From Octopus sinensis (Eukaryota), in contig NC_043001.1 of the NCBI RefSeq assembly GCF_006345805.1, positions 79,918,001 through 79,982,000 of the forward strand: a stretch of DNA of 64,000 nt, in the 5' to 3' direction. The position numbers and the translations under genes are program-made. Position 1 is the first letter of the stretch; every line of letters starts with the position of its first letter. The notes below the pieces were generated by a model. The model searched no databases and was not told the DNA's origin. It saw only the letters and a program-made list of their open reading frames with translations. This document shows positions 63,923-64,000 of this stretch, piece by piece.

Positions 63923-64000
63923 AACTATTTCTATTTTGTTAACTATTTCATTGTTAACAAATAGGCATATAACTATTTCATTGTTAACAAATAGGCATAT
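63923..64000. repeat. 30-bp tandem repeat (at least 2 copies, runs off the window)
   Basis: aactatttcattgttaacaaataggcatat twice, plus a partial upstream unit. Confidence 0.85.

Overview
AT-rich eukaryotic non-coding DNA, about 64 kb, saturated with microsatellites ((TA)n, (CA)n, (CATA)n, (TAGA)n, (AAT)n, (GAT)n) and transposable-element relics. The SINE and microsatellite landscape resembles an octopus (cephalopod) genome; this is inference from recalled repeat families and was not verified. No host protein-coding exon, rRNA, true tRNA or CRISPR array is supported. Nearly all supplied ORFs are microsatellite read-throughs, and the few real ones are decayed TE proteins. Recognised elements: about 25 tRNA-derived SINE copies or fragments from 4-5 families; Tc1/mariner, pogo/Tigger, hAT and Helitron relics; RTE, HERO-like and R4/CRE-like LINE fragments; and two Penelope-like element (PLE) relics with GIY-YIG motifs. 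The most striking feature is a set of about ten minimal type-I hammerhead-ribozyme (HHR) motifs, all read by eye. Most have a self-complementary stem III, and several lie in long fold-back palindromes. Their cores include C3:G8, G3:C8, A3:U8 and, in a decayed copy, U3:A8, so the tertiary 3-8 Watson-Crick pair appears to covary. One tRNA-headed SINE appears to carry an HHR in its 3' tail. Coordinates of decayed elements are approximate (tens of bp). No computation or database search was run.
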